Source: an uncultured Acidobacteriota bacterium
GTDB taxonomy: Bacteria; Acidobacteriota; Terriglobia; Acidiferrales; UBA7541
Assembly (NCBI GenBank): GCA_963814855.1
Contig: CAWFEL010000003.1
Location: 13,619-77,618 of the forward strand
Length of the DNA: 64,000 nucleotides
Reading direction: 5' to 3'
Made by a program: the position numbers and the translations under genes
Notes under the pieces: model-generated
The model's database searches: none
Seen by the model: only the letters and a program-made list of their open reading frames with translations
What the model was told of the DNA's origin: nothing
In this document: positions 56,057-64,000 of the stretch, piece by piece
Layout of the letters: each line of letters begins with the position of its first letter
Position numbering within the stretch: the first letter of the stretch is position 1

Positions 56057-57112
56057 CTAGCGATAAATCGCTAGCCCCGTCCCCACGCTCAGAGCCGCCT
56101 CGGCGCCTCTGGCAAGTACTTTCAAACCCTTGCTGTCCGGGACGTAAAGCACGTCGTTCGACTTCATCAACACGTCATCGATCTTATGGTTCTCGATGGC
56201 TTTGATGTGGACTGGGATTTGGTCCCGATTCCCCGTTGCGGGATTCAAACGCATGATCACTGCCGAGTCGGCCTTCGCGAATCCGGTCAACCCGTGCGCT
56301 AGGGCCACGGCCTTCAGCACCGTCACCTGTTCCCCCCGGCTTTGCAAAACGTATCCGCCAGGTTGCGACACTCCGAGTCCCAACACGTAAACGATGCCTG
56401 CATGAGGAACGCTCACCACATCGCCGCCGTAGATGGGAATGTTAAAGACGGAGTTTCCCGATTCCAGCAGGTCCTGCAATCGGATCGTAATGACTCGCTG
56501 ATCCTTGTCGGGATCGTCGGTCGCACTGATTGCTTTTGTCTTCGGCGCATCCGATTTCGCCGGGCGCGTGATGAGGACCACGTTCCCTGCATCGTCGGTG
56601 ATCCCACCGGCCGCCGAAAGCACCTCAAGCAGAGTCGTGGGACGTATCACCTGGTAAACCATGGTCCTCTGGACCGCTCCCACGACGGAGACCGGCTGGC
56701 TATTCTGCTCTTTAACGAACACGGAAACTTGGGGATGCGACACAAGACCGTTCTCGATGAGAAGTTCTTCGATCTTCCCTTCGAGTTCGAACGGGGTCAA
56801 ACCCGCAGCCGGAATTTTGCCGGGCACGAGAGGATAACTGATGTCACCGGCGTCACCCACGCGAACGTCGCGAGACAGTTCGGGGACGTCGAAAACTTCA
56901 ATGTGGAGCAAGTCACCGGTTCCGATAGGAGAATCCACCGGATGAGCCCGCGCGAGATTGGCGAGCTGTTCGATCTTTTCGTTTGTCTGTTGCTGGGTTT
57001 GTTCCGTCGCCTGGCCGTAGGCCGCCTGCCAGGTGCCAAGTACCAGCACCATCAAAAGCAAGAAAGGCTTCGCCCACTGCCAGTCCCAGGACCCGCGGAC
57101 CGTAAAAATCAT
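56057..57112 (-). CDS. wza: Wza-like polysaccharide export protein (Poly_export + SLBB domains)
   Basis: Has a signal sequence. Contains GTGDLLHIEVFDVPELSRDVRVGDAGDISYPLVPGKIPAAGLTPFELEGKI. Lies directly upstream of wzc. Confidence 0.8.
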   Translation of the reverse strand: MIFTVRGSWDWQWAKPFLLLMVLVLGTWQAAYGQATEQTQQQTNEKIEQLANLARAHPVDSPIGTGDLLHIEVFDVPELSRDVRVGDAGDISYPLVPGKIPAAGLTPFELEGKIEELLIENGLVSHPQVSVFVKEQNSQPVSVVGAVQRTMVYQVIRPTTLLEVLSAAGGITDDAGNVVLITRPAKSDAPKTKAISATDDPDKDQRVITIRLQDLLESGNSVFNIPIYGGDVVSVPHAGIVYVLGLGVSQPGGYVLQSRGEQVTVLKAVALAHGLTGFAKADSAVIMRLNPATGNRDQIPVHIKAIENHKIDDVLMKSNDVLYVPDSKGLKVLARGAEAALSVGTGLAIYR

Positions 57113-57209
57113 AGCTAGAGATGACCCCGGAAGAACTATGGCTTAGCGGAAGCTTCGCTGTCAACGGGGAGATTACCTGATACCAAGGCAACCTTTTCGC
57201 GTTTTCGCT

Positions 57210-58511
57210 TCATATTTCCGCGCCATTTTGCACACCCGGCCCGGTTACCACCCGCTCCCTCACGCGGCGCCGCTCGCGCGGCGCGGCGGCCTCCGAAGGC
57301 AATGGCGGCGAGGTCACAAGATAGCCTTGCAGCAGGAAAAACAACGCGTTAGCCGGAATCTGCAGATTAAAATCCACGAAGCTATGAAGCAGCAGGCCGC
57401 AGACCGCCATGATGGCCGCTGCGTGTAAGCCCCGTGAGAAATGCCCCTGCTCGGCCTGAAAGTTTTTTCGCCCCTCGCTATACAGCCTCCAGAGGAAGAG
57501 CACTCCGCAGAGTCCTCCGAGGAGTCCTGTTTCCGCTAGGCCCTCTATGTAATCGTTGTGGGCATGGTCCACCAGTCTGCCGTCGTAGGCGTTTTCATAG
57601 CCCGGGAAAACATCCACCAGCGTCCCCAAGCCGCATCCTTTGATTGGATGGTCGAAGAAAATATGCGCTGCCGCGCGAGTCATGGAAACGCGACGGCTGA
57701 TCGTGACATCACGGATATTCGAGCCTGCAAATCTCGCGATCGCCCTCCCCGTGCCCACCCACGCAACGATCGCCAGGGCTGCAAGCGCCATAATCGCGGC
57801 GGCCGTCGTCCTCCCGCCCTGCCAGGCTTTTCGGCTGCGCGCCAGCAGCACCAGTATCCCTATCTCAAAGCCGAATCCGATGATTCCAGCTCGGGAAGCG
57901 GAAAGTATGATCGCGCTGACGGGAACAATCGTCAGCAGGGTCACGAGTGGAATCAAATCTCGCCGCACGCCGCGAAACGCCATCAGCCCCAGGCCCATCG
58001 GCAGCGTCAGCTCCACAAACCCTGCGAAGTGATTGCGATTCACGTACGGCCCGAATGGCTCGCCTTCTATCTTTAGACTGCTCAACCAGTAGATCTCGGC
58101 CCCGGAAGTGAAGTGCTGAATGATGGCGAGCAACGACACTGCGAAGCAGAACGCAATCACGAACCAAGCGAGCTTGTACAAATCCTTTCGCACGCGGAAC
58201 GCTTGCGCCAAGAGAAAGAACACCAGAAAATACGCCGCCAGTTTAAGGAGCATCGTACGCGTGAGAAACGGATACGCAGTCCAATGGAATATCAGTTGTA
58301 GAAGGCCCACGCCGATCAGCCCGAGCAGCGGCGCGTTCAGCGGATTCCAGTAGATTTTCGCGTCTGGATTTCGATACGTAACAACCGCCCACCATAGAAA
58401 CAGCAGCGCGGCTCCGATTTCCAGAATAGATTGGGACCACACCTCGACCGTGCCCAGCGCCAACACGCTGAACGCAAGCAGAAGGCACAGTCCGATGCGC
58501 AGCGGTTTCAT
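57210..58511 (-). CDS. Wzy_C/O-antigen-ligase-family membrane protein
   Basis: Start ATG 58511 (MKPLRIGLCLLLAF…) overlaps the stop of the upstream TPR gene (ATGA). Contains ILSASRAGIIGFG. About 11 TM segments. Confidence 0.7.
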   Translation of the reverse strand: MKPLRIGLCLLLAFSVLALGTVEVWSQSILEIGAALLFLWWAVVTYRNPDAKIYWNPLNAPLLGLIGVGLLQLIFHWTAYPFLTRTMLLKLAAYFLVFFLLAQAFRVRKDLYKLAWFVIAFCFAVSLLAIIQHFTSGAEIYWLSSLKIEGEPFGPYVNRNHFAGFVELTLPMGLGLMAFRGVRRDLIPLVTLLTIVPVSAIILSASRAGIIGFGFEIGILVLLARSRKAWQGGRTTAAAIMALAALAIVAWVGTGRAIARFAGSNIRDVTISRRVSMTRAAAHIFFDHPIKGCGLGTLVDVFPGYENAYDGRLVDHAHNDYIEGLAETGLLGGLCGVLFLWRLYSEGRKNFQAEQGHFSRGLHAAAIMAVCGLLLHSFVDFNLQIPANALFFLLQGYLVTSPPLPSEAAAPRERRRVRERVVTGPGVQNGAEI

Positions 58512-59806
58512 CGCGATGTCTGTCCGGCCTGCGCGGTCGAAGCGGTCAGCAAGACATCGGCGATCCAAACTGTCCCCTCAAGCTTATTTTCGAATAGCCT
58601 GCTCGGGTCGCGAATCAATCGCACGAGCACGAAGTGAGTCGTTGGCCCCGTGGTGAGATCGGCGTCCACGGGCGTCCACGCATGCGAGCCCGTGAAATTA
58701 TCGGTAAGCACATTCAACGCGCCATTGTGGTTCGGGTCCGTAACTGAGAACCGCATCCCGTTTTCGGTCGTAATTCCTTCGGTACGCATGTACGCATGGA
58801 AATGATAAGCGCGGCTCGGTTCGACCGGGACGTACTGCGAAGGCTCATCAATGTTCAGGTTGGTGCCTCCGTTGAAATCCATGCGAATCGCGCGCGAACC
58901 GTTCGGCGCGGGCTCGGGATCAACCTCCATCGCGACTCCCATCAGCGGGGTCCAGCGCCAGTCGAGTCCGCCGTTCGCGAATTCCCGCGCAAAGTTTCCG
59001 TTCCAGACCAGGCTTTGGTTGGGAGGCTCGTCATGCGGCAGGCCGGCCGCTGTGAGCGCCTCGCTCCACGTACGCCGGGCATCGTCTGCGAGGTCCTCGC
59101 GAATCAACTCCTCGAAAAATGGAAACACGCGCGGAAGCGGAAACGGCTTCCCGAGACCCAGCAGACGCGGCCACACCGCCAGAGCCGGCTGCGCCTTGTG
59201 GATCGAAGCAAAGAAATCGAGCGCCTGCAAATACGCGTCGGAGTTCGCGGGAAGCACGTTGTTGATGAGGTCGTTGACATCCTCACTGGATCGCCAAGTG
59301 CGCGATATCGCGAGAGGCAGAAGCGTCGGATCGGCGCGGACGGCTCGTTGAAACTCCAGCAACGCTTCGGGGTACTGTTGCTCGCGCAGCAGATAATTTC
59401 CGTAGTGAAACGCGACCTCGGCGGAGGCCGGATACACTGATTTAGCCCGCAGGTATGCATCGCGCGCGCGCGCATCGTCTCCGGAATTCTCGTACGCGCT
59501 CGCCAGATCCATCCAGAAATGCGCGGAGCGAGGATCATCGCCGACCGCCCTCCAGTAATCCTCGATCGCGCCGGGTAGATCGGAATTCATGAAGTCCCAC
59601 TGCCGCATGCGTCCCAGCCGGTCCCAGGCGGACCCGTCCCCGGGTAGCAGAGCCGCTCCGCGTTCCATGAGCGTGATTTTTTCGGAATTGAGCCGGTGGC
59701 TGGCGAGCCAGATTTCGCCGGCTTGAAAGATCAAGACGGCGGCGATGACCACCGACACCGCGAGCGCTATTCGCCGCCGTCCCTGTTCTTCGAGAGGGAT
59801 TTCCAT
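58508..59806 (-). CDS. Membrane-anchored TPR protein with a C-terminal jelly-roll/CBM-like domain
   Basis: An N-terminal TM segment (IALAVSVVIAAVLIF) and TPR-like repeats (AIEDYWRAVGDDPRSAHFWMDLASAYENSGDDARARDAYLRA…). The C-terminal part reads WNGNFAREFANGGLDWRW…IRMDF…AYHFHAYMRTEGI…. Confidence 0.6.
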   Translation of the reverse strand: MEIPLEEQGRRRIALAVSVVIAAVLIFQAGEIWLASHRLNSEKITLMERGAALLPGDGSAWDRLGRMRQWDFMNSDLPGAIEDYWRAVGDDPRSAHFWMDLASAYENSGDDARARDAYLRAKSVYPASAEVAFHYGNYLLREQQYPEALLEFQRAVRADPTLLPLAISRTWRSSEDVNDLINNVLPANSDAYLQALDFFASIHKAQPALAVWPRLLGLGKPFPLPRVFPFFEELIREDLADDARRTWSEALTAAGLPHDEPPNQSLVWNGNFAREFANGGLDWRWTPLMGVAMEVDPEPAPNGSRAIRMDFNGGTNLNIDEPSQYVPVEPSRAYHFHAYMRTEGITTENGMRFSVTDPNHNGALNVLTDNFTGSHAWTPVDADLTTGPTTHFVLVRLIRDPSRLFENKLEGTVWIADVLLTASTAQAGQTSR

Positions 59807-59986
59807 CGAGCGGTAATCTGCTATGGGCCTTGGCCCCTACGCAAGTGTAATGTTGGAATTCGCCCGGGCAGGATGGCAAATCCTTCCGCCGCTGCTGCGG
59901 AAGCAGAACCGATTCCGGAGACGGCGGACAAGCCCTACGGCGCATTCCCCTAAATAGCGCAGTCGCGAGCCAGCGGAGATGCCCGC

Positions 59987-60991
59987 CTAGTGAGCTGTGG
60001 CCCCTTCTGATTCCGAGTAACCGTGCGGATGCCTTTGTCGCCATTCCCACTGCGAGCGCAGGATTGACGGCAGGTCCGACTTCAGCGCCTTCCAACCCAG
60101 CACCAGTTCCGCTCTGCTTGGATCGGCTACCAATCTCGGAGGATCACCCGCACGAGCGCCCTCCATTTGCGTTACGATTGGCTTCCCCGTAACCTGACGC
60201 GCGCACTCGATCACTTCCATTACCGAATATCCGTGCCCGGTCCCGAGATTCAGGAAATCAGACCCGCCACCACGGCGAAGATGTTCGAGAGAGCGTATAT
60301 GAGCATCGGCAAGATCAGTAACGTGCACGTAATCGCGGATCGCCGTTCCATCAGGTGTGGGATAGTTCGTCCCGAATACAGAGAGTGCCTTCTTTTCTCC
60401 AGAAGCCGCCTTTAGCACATTCGGCACAAGATGAGATTCCGGCTCATGATCCTCGCCGCATCGCTCGGTAGCTCCCGCAGCGTTAAAATATCGCAGCGAG
60501 ACGGATTTCAGTCCATACGCTCCCTCGTAGCTTGCCAGCAATCGCTCCATCAGGAGCTTCGACCAGCCATAGGGATTTACCGGCCATTGCGGACTCGACT
60601 CGGGAATCGGGACCTGCTGCGGCTCGCCATACGTCGCGCACGTCGAAGAAAAAACGACGCGACGAACGCCGGCCGCGATCAACGCTCCTATCAACGCAAC
60701 GCCCTGTCCCACGTTGTTCTCGAAATACTTTGCCGGTTCCACAACGGACTCGCCGACGTATGCAAGCGCGGCGAAATGGATGCAAGCATCAATCTTATGT
60801 TCGCCGACGATGCGCTCGACCAGTGTGCGGTCGCCGGCGCGCCCCTCATAGAAGGGCACGTCTCGACCCACAGCAGACCGGTGGCCACGCCCCAGGTCGT
60901 CAAGCACCACGACGTGCTCGCCCTTGGCTCGCAAGCATTCGACGGTAACACTCCCAATGTAGCCTGCCCCGCCTGTCACCAGAACGCTCAT
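59987..60991 (-). CDS. galE: UDP-glucose 4-epimerase
   Basis: [20 protein letters not shown]…[11 protein letters not shown]…YGWSK…[10 protein letters not shown]. The start is taken at ATG 60991. Confidence 0.85.
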   Translation of the reverse strand: MSVLVTGGAGYIGSVTVECLRAKGEHVVVLDDLGRGHRSAVGRDVPFYEGRAGDRTLVERIVGEHKIDACIHFAALAYVGESVVEPAKYFENNVGQGVALIGALIAAGVRRVVFSSTCATYGEPQQVPIPESSPQWPVNPYGWSKLLMERLLASYEGAYGLKSVSLRYFNAAGATERCGEDHEPESHLVPNVLKAASGEKKALSVFGTNYPTPDGTAIRDYVHVTDLADAHIRSLEHLRRGGGSDFLNLGTGHGYSVMEVIECARQVTGKPIVTQMEGARAGDPPRLVADPSRAELVLGWKALKSDLPSILRSQWEWRQRHPHGYSESEGATAH

Positions 60992-61201
60992 TGCTCCCCC
61001 ATTGGTGCGGTCGAATGAAAACACACGGTCAAGACTCGTGATTATAGCCGAACATTAAATGACCAGTTTAGGCGCGGTGTGATTTGCACGTGCGAAAAGT
61101 CGGAAAGATTGAAAGATGAGGTCAGCAAAACCCTCTTTGGTGAGAAGGACGTGCAGCGCTCCCGAGCAACCGTCGCCCATCAAAAGTGTCCGCCCCGCCC
61201 G

Positions 61202-61849
61202 TCATTTTTGGCCAAAGCGGTAAACGAATCCAAACGAAATTCGCTTGCTGCCCTGACCCGGGACGCCGTTGCCCAGGAATTTGGCGGTTCCGTAATCAAA
61301 CTGAATCAGTCGAATGCCCCAGTGAGTCCAGCGGTTTAAATCCAAGCCCCCTCCAACCTCCCAGGACTGAACGACTACGGCGTTCGTGTTTCCCCCGTAA
61401 CCTGCGAAAGGCGGGACCGCGGTCGTGTTGATTCCCGCTCCGTACAGAAAGTGTCCGAACGGGGTGAGCTTATGATGGCCAAAAGGATAAAACTTAGGGC
61501 CAGCCATCGCCGTGAAGACGTGCAGGTCCTGTGCCGGAACTTGGGGAACCTTGAGCGAACCGCTCACACCTACAAATTCGCCTTCCAAACCAAGCCAGCG
61601 GAAGAAGTTGTAATCGTAGGACCCGAAGCCGCCCAGCATATCGGTTGTCTGTCCGTTCGCTCCGTAATACCCGCGAATCGTAAATCCACCGGAGATCTCA
61701 GCCTTCGGAGTCGGGTACGTGTGCTTCACCTTCACGGGCTCGGTCGGCGCAGTGGGCGCCTGATCCTGAGGCGTGGTCGTGCTGTCCTGCGCAGCCACGG
61801 GCATAATGAACAGCGCAAACAAACCGAACAGCCCCACTAGCTTCTTCAT
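61202..61849 (-). CDS. Outer-membrane beta-barrel protein (OmpA-like barrel/OmpW-size)
   Basis: Signal peptide MKKLVGLFGLFALFIMPVAAQ. The sequence shows an alternating amphipathic pattern and ends FGFVYRFGQK. Confidence 0.65.
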   Translation of the reverse strand: MKKLVGLFGLFALFIMPVAAQDSTTTPQDQAPTAPTEPVKVKHTYPTPKAEISGGFTIRGYYGANGQTTDMLGGFGSYDYNFFRWLGLEGEFVGVSGSLKVPQVPAQDLHVFTAMAGPKFYPFGHHKLTPFGHFLYGAGINTTAVPPFAGYGGNTNAVVVQSWEVGGGLDLNRWTHWGIRLIQFDYGTAKFLGNGVPGQGSKRISFGFVYRFGQK

Positions 61850-62067
61850 CTACGGAATCCTCCTCGGGAATGAGTACGGAAAGCGCCTGTGCTTTGAGGC
61901 GTCCTAGCGCTCTCGGGTTGGCCTGCCCTTACTGATCGTTTTCACAGGTTGGCAAACGGAGATTTCACCGGATGGAAATATCGCAGAAGCGGGGCAATGA
62001 TGGAAGAGAAAAGCCCGCGCGCGGGGGTATTTGGCCCCGTGAAATCATGGTAGAGCTTTGTCGCGCG

Positions 62068-62102
62068 AAAAAAATGGCGCGGCAGAATGCTCTGCCGCGC
62101 CA
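62068..62102 (-). terminator. Rho-independent terminator
   Basis: The - strand reads TGGCGCGGCAG-agcatt-CTGCCGCGCCA followed by TTTTTTT. It has an 11-bp perfect stem and lies 20 nt after the TAA stop at 62122-62124. Confidence 0.85.
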
Positions 62103-62121
62103 TTTGGATAACTATTTTGCG

Positions 62122-63928
62122 TTACTGTTGCTGCTCGAAAACACCCAGGCCGATGGTTCCAAGCTGGTTTCCACCAACGGTGGTCGAATCTACGTCAACA
62201 TGCAGCAGAAGCGAACTGCTTGCCTGGTAGATCGTGATGTTGTTAGGAGTCGCTGCACCGTTGACCGTAAGCGTGGCGGTGGATCGTCCCGCGTTCGCAC
62301 CATCTGCCGCGTAGGTTCCCGCGACAGTAACGCCAGGCGTCTGAGCGGTGTTGAGCTCGTTGTAATCCGCCAAGCCGCTGAACTTCGACGTTCCATCGGA
62401 TGCTACCTGCCCGAGAAGGCCGTACCAGGCAAAGCAGTCGCCGTCTGAAACACGCCGTTCTGGCTGAAGGCAAAGTTACCCGTGAAAGTTGGGCTCGTGG
62501 CCTGAGGCACCACGATCCCGATACCAATATTGTTGGATCCAGATCCAACATAACCGCGCCACCCCCGCCAGAAGCACTGTTGGGATCAGCGACGTTAATT
62601 GCCGGATCAATCGCGTAGATACCGAAATTGGCAAGACCGTCGGTGTTCAAGCCGGATAACGTGATTGCGCCGTAGCCGTTGGCACTGACAATATAGGCGG
62701 AGCCTGTAAGAGCGCCAGCCAGAATTGGACTGCCATCGCCTATATTGACGTCAGCGACGCCAGCAGAAAGAGCATTTGTTCCGTTACCCGTGAACTGCCC
62801 GGCCGCTGAATAGGCACCGATGGCTGCATCATCTTCAATACCCGATTGTCCGAATACGAACTTCGAGCCCATCATGTTCGCGAAGTTCCCCGCTCCCTGT
62901 CCGTACATCGAGCCTACCGCGAAACCAACATCGTCGAATTCAATCAAGCGAAACGCCTCGGGGCCTACAACATAGTAGGCGACCGTGAATGAGCCGAAGT
63001 TAGGGTCGTTCAAAGTGAATGTCCCTCGACCATCGGGATCGGGAGCGGTGAACGAAGATCCGGCTGTAATCGAGAAGCCAAAATTCGCGCCTCCTCCGAG
63101 ATCATCGTCTGCTTCGCTGGCCGTTACCGCCGTGCCGTTGGACGTCAGCACTCCTCCAGACGCGTCGGCGAAATCTGAATCAAGGAGCGCGAACGCATTG
63201 CGTCCCATCGGCACCGAGCTGGGTGCCGTCTGGAGATCGAGTGATCCGCCGGCAGTTGCGGCGGCCTCAAATTCAGTAATGAGAATGTGCTTGTTATTGA
63301 CCACCGTGATGCTAAAGGTTTCTGGGGGAGCGGACGTCGGAGTCAGCGTTAGTGTGCCCCTCCCGTCGTCTCCAACACTGATTGTTCCTGTTAAAATAGG
63401 ATCGGAAGGAAAGATATCGGGCCCATTTGAATTGAAGTAGTCCTGCTCGCCGCCAGTAATCTTTCCCGTCGCGCCATCAATAACGATGCTGCCGGCCACA
63501 CCGTAAGGCAGAGTTAGATTTTGTTCGACGCCGTTGGCGAAAAAGGTGTAAGTCCCGGTGATATTTGAGGTGTTGGTGACTGCCGTAATATTCACTGACG
63601 CGTTCTTCGTTTTCCTCGGGTTTTTCGTGGAGGTCGCGATGATCATCACCGGACCCGCCGTTCGCGGCGCCATGTAAACAGTTGACGCGCCGCTATCCGT
63701 ATGTGCCGGAGTGAAAGTTCCGCACGAGCCGGCCGGAGTGCAACTCCAATCAATGCCATCGCTGGAACCGCTGCCCGTGATGGTCGCGGCAATCGTTGCG
63801 GACAGATTGACTTCCATACTCGCAGGGGGGGCGGTTGAGATTTCAATAACGGTGTTCCCCCCCCCGCATCCAGCAATCAGCATCGGAACTGTAATGGCCA
63901 TGCCGACGAGCAATGTTTTGATATTCAT
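62122..63928 (-). pseudogene. Large lipoprotein of unknown function built from four ~110-130-aa repeats, frameshifted twice near the 3' end as assembled
   Basis: The lipobox is MNIKTLLVGMAITVPMLIAGC. The main body is ORF 62243..63928. After steps near 62550 and 62408 it continues GSGSNNIGIGIVVPQATSPTFTGNFAFSQNG… and then ORF 62122..62373 (…ADYNELNTAQTPGVTVAGTYAADG…LGVFEQQQ). Confidence 0.6.
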
Positions 63929-64000
63929 CGCGTGGCTCCCGTAGAAGAAGTGGCCTTGAGACGCGCCGCCGAGGCAGGAGCCACGAGGAATCCGTGTTCA

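Noticed and set aside
1-64000. tRNA, rRNA, tmRNA or riboswitch elements
   Set aside because: Scanning the intergenic regions by eye found no T-loop (GGTTCGAATCC-like) sequences or rRNA-like stretches. The only strong RNA structures seen are the terminator at 62068-62102, the REP hairpins and the 20-nt palindrome. A covariance-model scan (Infernal/tRNAscan-SE) would be needed to exclude small RNAs.

Overview
High-GC bacterial chromosomal window. The repeat families and gene content suggest Acidobacteriota, but that is inference only. All calls come from reading the sequence and the supplied ORF translations, with no searches run. Frameshift positions and some start codons are approximate. Layout: (1) 0.1-5.7 kb, + strand: chemotaxis operon cheW-cheR-cheA-cheB-cheY-cheX. 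As assembled it is riddled with single-base frame changes. (2) 5.7-8.6 kb: gene-poor repeat zone. It holds a decayed IS200-like/REP-associated Y1 transposase flanked by four copies of an ~80-nt REP-like element, an orphan Sel1-repeat gene and other short repeats. (3) 8.6-12.8 kb, - strand: a PilZ-domain gene and a complete pqqABCDE operon. This includes a 25-codon pqqA that is absent from the ORF track, plus a sigma70-like promoter. (4) 13.0-16.5 kb: an exported TldD/PmbA-like peptidase pair. (5) 16.6-61.0 kb: a ~45-kb, almost entirely - strand, polysaccharide (EPS/O-antigen-like) biosynthesis supercluster. It contains a WecA/MraY-type initiating transferase, about 10 further glycosyltransferases, five SDR sugar-nucleotide enzymes including GalE, and seven methyltransferase domains. 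It also contains two acyltransferase-3 proteins, a carbamoyltransferase, an AsnB-type amidotransferase, a Wzm/Wzt ABC exporter, a Wza/Wzc export pair, two Wzy_C-family membrane proteins and a GT-C enzyme. Its central part (about 33-49 kb) is visibly lower in GC. (6) 61.2-63.9 kb: an outer-membrane beta-barrel protein and a large lipoprotein built of repeats, followed by a textbook intrinsic terminator. No rRNA, tRNA, CRISPR array or obvious defence or toxin system was seen by eye. The long + strand ORFs opposite the - strand genes, and the long - strand ORFs opposite the che genes, are high-GC antisense artefacts.
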